NCBI GenBank assembly: GCA_963734625.1
Contig: CAVTHW010000008.1
Location: 53,715 to 117,714 of the forward strand
Length of the DNA stretch: 64,000 nt
Reading direction: 5' to 3'
From: Bryobacterales bacterium
GTDB taxonomy: Bacteria; Acidobacteriota; Terriglobia; Bryobacterales; Bryobacteraceae
Position 1 is the first letter of the stretch, and each line of letters starts with the position of its first letter. Below are positions 49,243-57,103 of this stretch, piece after piece. The translations under genes were made by a program, and so were the position numbers. Below the pieces are notes generated by a model, which ran no database searches, was not told the origin of the DNA, and saw only the letters and a list, made by a program, of their open reading frames with translations.

Positions 49243-49274
49243 GGCTGCCCGTCGCCCTCAGGCGACGGGCAGCC
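49243..49274 (+). terminator. 14-bp perfect hairpin downstream of OMP copy 1
   Basis: GGCTGCCCGTCGCC-CTCA-GGCGACGGGCAGCC, 20 nt after the stop. No T tract follows. Confidence 0.45.
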
Positions 49275-49356
49275 CTCCGGCAGCCGCAGCAGGTTCCTCC
49301 AAGCATATCAAAAGGCCCATTGTTGTCAGTAACTTAGCTTCAGATTCTGAATTTTC

Positions 49357-49385
49357 TTTACAATTCCCGCCGCCTGTGATATAAA
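49357..49385 (+). promoter_or_regulatory. strong sigma70-like promoter in an AT-rich patch
   Basis: TTTACA (49357-62) - 17 nt - TATAAA (49380-85), inside the only AT-rich stretch of the inter-copy spacer. Confidence 0.5.
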
Positions 49386-49391
49386 TTCTCT

Positions 49392-49705
49392 GATCGTGGG
49401 GATCTCTATTGGCTTGGTAGCGGCCGGCGTGATGGCGGCATGTTTGGAAGGCGTGGCGCGCGAAGGGGAGATCTCCCAGCACGGAATAACGGGCCTCTCG
49501 TATCGGCATTAAGAGGGGTAGTTTCGTAAGCGTAGTTTAATTTGCAGGTTGCCCCACGGCAGCGGGGCAGCAACGAAAAGGGTTAGTCGTAGCGACGGGG
49601 TGGCCCTTGAGGACGGGGGTTGCCTCAGGAGGCAAGAACGGTGTTCTTCCTTAAGGACGATGCGGGTCCTCCGCATCGTAGCGCTCCCGTGCGGGAGCGC
49701 GTTTT
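49392..49705 (+). ncRNA. candidate structured RNA or regulatory leader (about 310 nt), class unknown
   Basis: Lies between the promoter and an intrinsic-terminator-like hairpin GCGCTCCC-GTGC-GGGAGCGC-GTTTT (49681-49705). Several further perfect 6-8 bp stems (CGATGCGG/CCGCATCG, TTGCCT/AGGCAA, AAGAAC/GTTCTT, GGGAGATCTCCC). No convincing ORF. Confidence 0.35.
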
Positions 49706-49815
49706 CCCGAACATCCAGCAACCTAATCGGGACTCTGGCGGATCCAACCGGCGCGGTGGTCCGCAGTGCAATCCATGGAATCAGTCAAGATCGTAACGAA
49801 AATGGGGGGAGTTGC

Positions 49816-52800
49816 ATGAAATTCACACGAGTTTTTCTTTGCCTGTTGTTCGGGCTGCTGGCCATGTTGCCGGCTGCCTACGGGCAGGCCGTCAGCGGCC
49901 AGGTTTCCGGCCGCGTAGTCGATCCCGGCGGCGCAGTCGTCGCCGGCGCCAAGGTCCAGTTGATCAACGAGGTCTCGCAGGCGGCCCGCGACTTCACCGC
50001 GGATAACACTGGAACCTTTATGTACACGAACGTGATGCCGGGCAGCTACACTCTTCGCGTCGTGCAGCAAGGATTCAAGACCTATGACCAGAAGGGGATC
50101 ACGCTCGGCACGCAGGAGAGGATTGCGCTGGGCGATCTCAAGCTGGACCTCGGTGAAATGAGTACCACGGTGGAGGTTAGCGCCCAAGCTGTGCGCGTCG
50201 CCACCGACAGCTCCGACCGTTCCGTGAGCATCTCGCTCTAATGCAGATCCAGGATACACCGCTGCGGGGCAGGAATCCCCTGTCGCTCATTCTGACACTG
50301 CCGGGAGTGCAGACTCTCTCCTCCGCTGACGGTCGTGGCTGGGGGGGTGGAGGCGTCCCTGGGATCAACGGCGGCCAGACCGGCCAGACGATCCTGAACC
50401 TCGATGGCGTGGCTAGCCAGGATTCCGGGAACTTGAACCCCGGATACCTCTCGCCCAGCGTGGATGCCATCGGCGAAGTGAGACTGCTGGTGTCCAACTT
50501 CACCGCGGAGTACGGCGGGCGCACCGGCGGCCAGTTCAACATCACCATCAAGAGCGGCAACTCCGCCTTCCACGGCGGCGCTCTACATGTACTGGCGGAA
50601 CGAGTTCTTCAACGCCAACGAGTGGTTCAACAACCGGAACGGCTCGAAGTTTGACGTGGACGGTAAGACGTTGATTCCGGTGACAAAAAGGCCGACGTAT
50701 CGCTATTACAATCCCGGCGGCACCATTGGCGGCCCGCTCATCATCCCCGGCACCAACTTCAACAAGAGCCGCACCAAGCTGTTCTTCTTCTTCTCGTATG
50801 ACTATACAGGCAACAAGGCTCAGATCACCAATACGTATACGATGCCTACGTTGCTGGAGCGGCAGGGCGATTTCTCCCAGACCGTGACGACCGCTGGCAA
50901 GCAGATTCCGATCTACGATCCATCGACCAAGCTACAGTATCCCGGTAACATGGTAACCACCCCGATCAGCCCCGCCGGGCTGGCGATGTTGAATCTGTTC
51001 CCACTTCCGGACCCCGCCGGGCTGGCTCTCGACCCGTCAGGCGGTCGCCGGTACAATTTCCGGGCCATCCTTCCGCGGGACCAACCAAACGAGGACAAGA
51101 TCCTGCGGGTGGACTACAATCTGGGACCGAAGTCGATCATCTACGTTCGCTTGATGCAGGACTACCAGGCGCAGGACGGCTACGGCGGCACGACCGGCCC
51201 GGGCGGCGCCGACTGGGGGCAGTTCGCCGCACAGCTATCACGTCCAGGCGGCCGGGGCGGTTGGAACGTTCGATCTACACGTTCACGCCGACCCTGATTA
51301 ACGAGGCCACCTGGGGCGCGAACCGCGGCAAACAAGGCAACAATCCGTTGGATATAGTAGCTACTACCGCGGTGGGCGGCGCTCAAGACGTATGCGGACA
51401 GTCTGCTTCCGCTGAAGGACACCAGTGGCAATGCGATCACGTTGCCGCGCATTAACAAAGGCAGTAACCTCTCTTTCTTCGGCGGGTACCTCAAGCCCAG
51501 CGTCAGCTTTGGCACCGGCGGGGGCGTTCAGCGCGCAGATCAGGGGGCCAGGGCGTCAGTTCGGCCCCGGGCTTCAATCACGACAGCCGCTGGCCGTTCT
51601 TCGGCACGGATCTGGTTCAGTCCATCAGCGATAAGATCACCTGGGTCAAGGGTTCCCACAATGTGAAGGCCGGAATCTACATCGAGCGCATGGCCCGCAA
51701 CGTGAGCGTCTACTCGCAGTTCAACGTCGCGGGGAGCTACTACTTCGGGTCCGACCGGGCCTACGCCCTGGACACCGGGTATCCCTATTCCAACGCGCTG
51801 ATCGGCAGCATTTTCGCCTACGGCGACGACAACCGGAAGCAGGTCAACCATGCGCGCTACACCCAGGTCGAATGGTTCGGGCAGGACACCTGGAAGATCG
51901 GCCGCCGGCTAACGGTGGACTACGGCGCGCGGTTCCACAGGGTGGGCGACCTTTACTCGGCCGGCGCCACAATGTCGTTCTTCGACCAGGCAAGTTACAA
52001 TGCCAGCAAGATCGGACAGCTTCTGTTCCCGGCTTGCGTCGGGGGGGCGTCGTCGTGTTCGTCGGCGAACAAGATTGCGATCAATCCGGTGACCCTGCAG
52101 ACGTTCCCGAACGTCCGGCAGGGAACGTTCGACACCGCCTCGTATCCGGCGGGGGGCCTACCCTGGCAGTCGGGGCTCAAGTCGTACGACACCCATTTCT
52201 GGAAGACGCCCCCGATCCAGTTCGGGCCGCGCATCGGCTTCGCGTATGACGTTTTCGGAAACGGCAAAACAGCCGTTCGCGGCGGGTATGGCACCACCGT
52301 GGGCCGCAACTGGACCGTGGACGACATCGGCGAAGGGCTGCGGACGCCTCCGAACCTGGTGGCCCCCGTCATCCTGTACACGACCTTCGACAGTCTGGCG
52401 AACGCGGAGACATATTTTACGCCGCAGAACTTCCAGGGCGGGTCGGTGGACCAGAAGGTAATCACCACCCACAACTGGAGCTTTGGCGTCCAGCAGGATG
52501 TCAGCCACGGAATGATTCTGGACGTATCTTATGTGGGCAACAACGTTCGCAACGGCTACGGGAAAGCAATCGACCTGAATGCCATACCGCCGTACACGGT
52601 CTGGAATCCTACGGACGGCTTGGTTGCGAAGTACAAAGACCCAACGTCTTCCGGGTACTACTCCACCAACTTGATCCGATCAATGGTGGCGTATAGTGGA
52701 TTTGCAAACATCCCCAGCTCGACCTACATCAGAAGAGCACACTACAACGCGCTTCAGGTACAGTTGAACCGGCGCACCGGCAGGTTGCAGTGGAACCTGA

Positions 52801-53501
52801 ATTACACTTGGGCGAAGCAGATCACTTACCCGAGTTCGACGGGTTATCAGTGGGTTCCCCAGGCGGCCGGCAAGGATATCAGCGGCCGCAAGCACGCCGT
52901 CAATTTCAATTTCGGCTACGGGCTGGGCAGCCCCAGCAGTCTGCTGGGCGGCAATGTGGTCGTCAAGCACGTGCTCGACGGCTGGCGGCTGGCCGGAAAC
53001 GGAGCAATTTTCTCCGGCAATCCGTTTGGCGTCGGTTGCGGCGCGTCGAGCGCCCCGGCCGGCTATTGGACCGGAACTCCCACCGGCGGCATTCCGTTCC
53101 GCTGCCAAATGGGGAACAACCCCTGGCTTCCCGCGGGTCAGTATCCGTCGGCCACCGAGAGTCCCAAGTTGCAGTGGGCCTTGAATCCGGCCAACTTCAC
53201 GCTTCCGGACATCAATTCTAAGGGCTACGGCAACACGCCGGGCACTTTGTTCTTTGGGCCGGGGGCGTTCAACCTCGACTTGTCTCTGGCGAAGGATTTC
53301 AGGCTGGGAGCGGAAGGACGCAACCTGGAGTTGAAGATGGAAACCTTCAACACTCTGAACCACTTCAATCCCAGCAACCCCAGCACCTCTCTGACCTACA
53401 ACTTCAATACCGGCGCCCAAACCAACTCCAACTTCGGTGTGATCAGCGGCAACCAGGTTGGAGCCCGCCGCGTAATTCTGTCGCTCAGATTCCGGTTCTA
53501 G
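49816..53501 (+). pseudogene. TonB-type OMP gene, copy 2, with 7 insertion sites in its 5' half
   Basis: Broken into ORFs 49549..50241, 50241..50654, 50587..51297, 51442..51666 and 51663..53501. Relative to copy 1 there are 8 extra nt between about 50232 and 51538. The 3' 1.84 kb is intact to ..RFRF. Confidence 0.8.
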
Positions 53502-53520
53502 CGTGACCCTTTCCCGGCTT

Positions 53521-53552
53521 GGCTGCCCGTCGCCCTCAGGCGACGGGCAGCC
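53521..53552 (+). terminator. second copy of the 14-bp hairpin, downstream of OMP copy 2
   Basis: Same sequence as 49243-49274. Confidence 0.45.
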
Positions 53553-53560
53553 TTCCGGCA

Positions 53561-53591
53561 GCCGTTCGTAAACTTTTGCAGGACCTGGACG
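53561..53591 (+). repeat. 31-nt direct repeat, left copy (candidate att site)
   Basis: GCCGTTCGTAAACTTTTGCAGGACCTGGACG. Matches 55047-55077 with one mismatch. Confidence 0.85.
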
Positions 53592-53677
53592 GTCGTTCTC
53601 TCCATTCCCCCACCATTCCCACCGCAAAACAGACACCAAACCGACACCATGGAGGCATGCGGGGAGGGGATTCGAGC

Positions 53678-54111
53678 ATGCCAACTTTGAACCCGTACAT
53701 CTCGTTGATTGCACGGGAGAGATCCACAAGTTTCACTTTCGCACTCGCCTGTTTGGGACAGGGGTCGCTCTCGATGCCTTCGAGCTTCGCGACGGATGTC
53801 CGTCCGGCTACCGGTTCCAGATCATCGGTAATCCAAGGGAGGATCTGCTGGCGCTGCTCGGGAGATTGATCGAGAAGATGCGCCGCGCCTTGTCCACGAA
53901 ACATCTCGAGGACGGCGAGCTTGGATTACGGATCGCGGACCATCGGGTCGTGCGAGGAATGGTTGAGTGGGACGATGCCGGCGATGGTCGCGCGCCGCTT
54001 CTCGTTATCGACGGTCGGGAAGTCACCTGGGAGGAATTCGGCCGCATGTTGATGAGTTTTGAGGGATGGCAATTCAAATTGAATCTTGACGACAAGAGCG
54101 AAGAGTTGTGA
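53678..54111 (+). CDS. small conserved-looking hypothetical protein, N-terminus out of frame
   Basis: The frame of ORF 53866..54111 is open upstream (..VHLVDCTGEIHKFHFRTRLFGTGVALDAFELRDGCPSGYRFQIIGNPREDLLALLGRLIEKM..EGWQFKL) but has no start codon. The only nearby ATG (53678) is in another frame. Confidence 0.45.
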
Positions 54112-54166
54112 CCGCCGCAAGCTGAAGCGCTCCCGGCACCCCTTGATGGAATAACTTCTGTATCCC

Positions 54167-54460
54167 CTACGCCCGATGAATCGCCCTCACCGCCAGTTGT
54201 GGGTCGTACGCGATGATGGTCAATAGGGCCGCTGCCGGTCCGGTTGGATGGCGCCGGTCCTGCTCCCAGTTCTGAAGGGTCTTCACGCTGACGCCAATCA
54301 AGCCCGCGAACTCCGACTGCGAGAGGCTGGTTCGTTCGCGAATGGCCCGTATCCCGGAAGCCCGTATTTCAAACCGGCGCGACGGTTTCCTCTGACCGCG
54401 TAGAATCGCACCGCCTTCGCGCACGCTTTCCAACAGTTCTTCAAACACCTTGGGCTTCAT
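54167..54460 (-). CDS. HTH (XRE/NadS-type) antitoxin
   Basis: ..IRAIRERTSLSQSEFAGLIGVSVKTLQNWEQDRRHPTGPAAALL.. is typical of the antitoxin partner of PF06296-type RelE toxins. Confidence 0.8.
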   Translation of the reverse strand: MKPKVFEELLESVREGGAILRGQRKPSRRFEIRASGIRAIRERTSLSQSEFAGLIGVSVKTLQNWEQDRRHPTGPAAALLTIIAYDPQLAVRAIHRA

Positions 54461-54478
54461 TGCTGAACTCCTCCTTGA

Positions 54479-54733
54479 CTACTTTGGCGAGCTGAGCCAC
54501 CTGAGCAATAGGATCAAGTCTCTCCGGACCGCCCAACAGTAAATGACGCGGGCGCCCCCGCGCTTACCGCGCGAACCAACCGCTACACGAATCTTGCGTA
54601 TTCCGCCGCCACCTTTGATGAGAGCGCCGAGACCTGGCCTTGCCGCCAGTCGGGACTGAAATCCCCGGTACTCTTCATCGCTGAGTAGGGCCGTGATCTG
54701 CCTCGTAAAGGCGGAGGTTTCGATCAGCTCCAC
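54479..54733 (-). CDS. RelE/HigB-like toxin (PF06296-type), C-terminus apparently truncated
   Basis: MELIETSAFTR..LSDEEY..GGGGIRKIRVAVGSRGKRGGARVIYCW... The expected tail ..AQVAQLAKVVKEEFSNE is present only in another frame. Confidence 0.7.
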   Translation of the reverse strand: MELIETSAFTRQITALLSDEEYRGFQSRLAARPGLGALIKGGGGIRKIRVAVGSRGKRGGARVIYCWAVRRDLILLLRWLSSPK

Positions 54734-54742
54734 TTACTCCAA

Positions 54743-54761
54743 TTATCCGCCATTGGCGGAT
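54743..54761. promoter_or_regulatory. perfect 9-1-9 palindrome, candidate TA operator
   Basis: TATCCGCCA-T-TGGCGGATA, 10 nt upstream of the toxin start codon. Confidence 0.5.
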
Positions 54762-54839
54762 AGCCGTCAAGGAGACGCTGGAAAGGCACATCCATGAGGA
54801 ATCAAGGAAGGCTCCGTCTCAAGTATTACCCCCTCGCCG

Positions 54840-54953
54840 TCAAGGAAGCCGCGCGCATTCGACGGTTCCTGCACTTCCCGGACCAGGGATAAACTCCCAG
54901 TTTCCACCCTCCTGGATCTTCTTGATGATGCGGACGCGCTTTTTGAGGCTCAT
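54840..54953 (-). pseudogene. 37-codon ORF, possibly the N-terminal stub of a tyrosine integrase
   Basis: GGAGG RBS + ATG. MSLKKRVRIIKKIQEGGNWEFIPGPG.. resembles from memory the N-termini of acidobacterial phage-type integrases. Ends abruptly. Lies next to a tRNA. Confidence 0.3.
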
Positions 54954-55046
54954 GTCCGGCCTCCTGGAGCGGTGACGCCGAACACGTCAAGCGGGCCAAA
55001 CGCTTGGTGTCTATTTTTCCGCTCCGACCGACATCATGAGCCTAAG

Positions 55047-55077
55047 GCCGTTCGTAAACTATTGCAGGACCTGGACG
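55047..55077 (+). repeat. 31-nt direct repeat, right copy, 11 nt from the tRNA-Gln 3' end
   Basis: GCCGTTCGTAAACTATTGCAGGACCTGGACG. Confidence 0.85.
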
Positions 55078-55088
55078 AGGGGAAGGAT

Positions 55089-55162
55089 TGGCTGGGAGGC
55101 AGGGATTCGAACCCCGATAAGCAGCTCCAGAGGCTGCCGTCTTACCGTTAGACGACCTCCCA
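55089..55162 (-). tRNA. tRNA-Gln (anticodon CTG), CCA encoded
   Basis: Hand fold. U1:A72 acceptor TGGGAGG/CCTCCCA as in bacterial tRNA-Gln, anticodon arm GCAGC-CTCTGGA-GCTGC, T arm CGGGG-TTCGAAT-CCCTG, GCCA end. Confidence 0.9.
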
Positions 55163-55277
55163 ACTTTCTTCATATTCTAGCACCTTGGGCTCGCCAGGCG
55201 TCTACCCCTGTGAGGCTTGTCGATTTCGGTCCGGGATTCGATATATAATGTGTTTTTAACCCTTCAAGGAGAGTGCG

Positions 55278-55838
55278 ATGCGAATGATAAGGTTTGTGTG
55301 TTGCCTGGCGCTGGTCTTCTCTCTTGCGCCGGCGATTTCGAGCGCGCAGGAAGCCAAGAAGCTGCGCGAGCCGGATGTGATCTTCGTGCCGACTCCCCAG
55401 GAAGTCGTGGACGCCATGCTGAAGCTGGCGGACGTGCGCAAGGGCGACGTGGTCTATGACCTGGGTTGCGGGGACGGTCGGATTGTCGCCACTGCGGCGA
55501 AGCGCTACGGAGTTCGCGGCGTGGGCATCGACATCAACCCCGAACGCATCGCCGAAGCCAAGGAGACGATCCGGCAGGCAGGCGTTGGCAATTTGGTCAC
55601 GCTCCGCAACGACGATCTGTTCGAGACCGACATCCGGGAGGCCTCGGTCGTGACCCTGTACCTGCTCACTTCGCTTAACCTCAAGCTGAGGCCCAAGTTG
55701 TGGAGCGACCTAAAGCCCGGAACGCGAATCGTGTCCCAGACCTTCGATATGGGCGACTGGAAGCCTGAGAAGACCGAGACGGTCGCCGGCCACACGATCT
55801 ATTTGTGGACTGTTCCAGCCAACGGCGGTAAGAAGTAG
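55278..55838 (+). CDS. class-I SAM-dependent methyltransferase with a cleavable-looking signal peptide
   Basis: AAGGAG RBS. MRMIRFVCCLALVFSLAPAISSAQE signal. VYDLGCGDGRI (motif I) and ..GVGIDIN... Confidence 0.8.
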   Translation: MRMIRFVCCLALVFSLAPAISSAQEAKKLREPDVIFVPTPQEVVDAMLKLADVRKGDVVYDLGCGDGRIVATAAKRYGVRGVGIDINPERIAEAKETIRQAGVGNLVTLRNDDLFETDIREASVVTLYLLTSLNLKLRPKLWSDLKPGTRIVSQTFDMGDWKPEKTETVAGHTIYLWTVPANGGKK

Positions 55839-55939
55839 GATCAGGTTTTCCCAAGAAGAGTTTACATAGGGGAGCGGCCTGTCGCGGCAATATAATAAGA
55901 AGAGTAGCAGGCGGTTTCACCCATCACCAGGAGACTATC

Positions 55940-57103
55940 ATGAAGGACACTTCCTCCAGACGGCAGTTCATAGCCGCAGGGCTGGCCCTGCCCGCGGTTG
56001 GCATGGCTTCGGTCGCCCCGCGCGCCTCCGCGCCGGCTCAGGCGCCCTCCCCTCAAGCCGCCAAGTTCACTTACGGGGTCCTCGGCAAGACCGGCCTGAA
56101 AGTAACCCGAGTGGGCTTCGGCTGCATGATTACTTCGGACCAGAGCGTGATCGAGAGAGGCGCGGATATGGGCATCACCTATTTCGACAGCGCCCGCGGC
56201 TATTCTGGCGGAAATAACGAGCGCATGGTGGGAGCGGCACTGAAGAGCAAGCGCAAGAGCCTGGTGCTGTCTACCAAGACGCAGGCCGGGAACAAGCAAC
56301 AGGCACTGGAGCACCTCGACACCAGCCTGCGCGAATTGGGGACCGACTACATCGATATCTGGTACCTGCACGGCAAGGGCAGCCCGTCGGAGGTTACCGC
56401 GGACCTGATCGACGCGCAGCAAACAGCGAAGAAGGCCGGCAAGATCCGCTTCACTGGAGTGAGCACGCACGGCGGGCAGGCTCAGTTGATTCCGGCGCTG
56501 GTCCAGGGAGGCATGATCGACGTCATCCTGACCGCGTACAACTTCACTATGGAACCGGGCATTACCGAGGCGGTCAATGCCGCGCGCAAGGCGGGGGTCG
56601 GTATCGTGGCCATGAAAGTCATGGCCGGCGGCTCGCGCCGGGTTCCGGCCGGCAGCCAGGCAGCCAAGACTCTGGGGCAGCCGGGCGCCATGCTGTCTGC
56701 GCTTAAGTGGGCGCTCAACAACCCCAACGTCGATACGACGATTCCCAGCATCACCGACAACGATCAGCTCGAAGAGAACCTGAAAGCGATGGCGCAGCCG
56801 TACTCGGAGACCGATAAGAAACTGCTCTCGGCGCATCTGGAGCAGATTCGCCCGCTGTACTGCCGCATGTGCGGAGGGTGCGACGGCGTGTGCACCAAGG
56901 GCCTTCCGGTGGCGGACATGCTGCGCTACCTGACCTACGCTGACGGCTACGGCCAGTTCGCTCTGGGCCGCGAGCACTTCCAGTTGCTCTCCGCGGAGCT
57001 TAAGGAAGTGCGTTGCGGCGATTGCGAAAAGTGCTCCATCCAGTGCCCGAACGGCGTGCAAGTGACCCGGAGACTGCAGCGCGCCCAGGAGATGTTTGCG
57101 TGA
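55940..57103 (+). CDS. aldo/keto reductase with Tat signal and C-terminal Cys-rich (Fe-S-like) extension
   Basis: SRRQFIAAGLALPAVG Tat motif. ..GITYFDSARGY.. and ..DIWYLHG.. AKR blocks. C-terminal CRMCGGCDGVC..CGDCEKCSIQCP. Confidence 0.8.
   Translation: MKDTSSRRQFIAAGLALPAVGMASVAPRASAPAQAPSPQAAKFTYGVLGKTGLKVTRVGFGCMITSDQSVIERGADMGITYFDSARGYSGGNNERMVGAALKSKRKSLVLSTKTQAGNKQQALEHLDTSLRELGTDYIDIWYLHGKGSPSEVTADLIDAQQTAKKAGKIRFTGVSTHGGQAQLIPALVQGGMIDVILTAYNFTMEPGITEAVNAARKAGVGIVAMKVMAGGSRRVPAGSQAAKTLGQPGAMLSALKWALNNPNVDTTIPSITDNDQLEENLKAMAQPYSETDKKLLSAHLEQIRPLYCRMCGGCDGVCTKGLPVADMLRYLTYADGYGQFALGREHFQLLSAELKEVRCGDCEKCSIQCPNGVQVTRRLQRAQEMFA

Larger units (their letters stand above)
45508..53560. 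repeat. tandem duplication (period 4271 nt) of a TonB-type OMP gene plus its terminator hairpin
   Basis: The ATGs at 45545 and 49816 start near-identical sequences. Similarity begins about 37 nt upstream of the ATG and ends just after the hairpin. About 0.5 kb of unique spacer lies between the copies. Confidence 0.95.

Noticed and set aside
49392-49815. Cobalamin or TPP riboswitch in front of the TonB-type OMP gene
   Set aside because: I could not find the B12 box (..AGYCMGGAGACCKGCC.. / GCCACTG) or the TPP core (CTGAGA..ACCTGATCTGGATAATGCCAGCG). The region is kept only as an unclassified candidate RNA.
45508-53560. Diversity-generating retroelement (template/variable repeat) as the reason for the duplicated OMP sequences
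   Set aside because: There is no reverse transcriptase. The differences are not adenine-specific and the whole 4.27-kb gene is duplicated.
53536-53904. 122-aa minus-strand ORF inside the islet
   Set aside because: It is antisense to the better-supported + strand ORF (..GYRFQIIGNPREDLLALLGRLIEKM..). It also spans the 31-nt repeat and the terminator hairpin.
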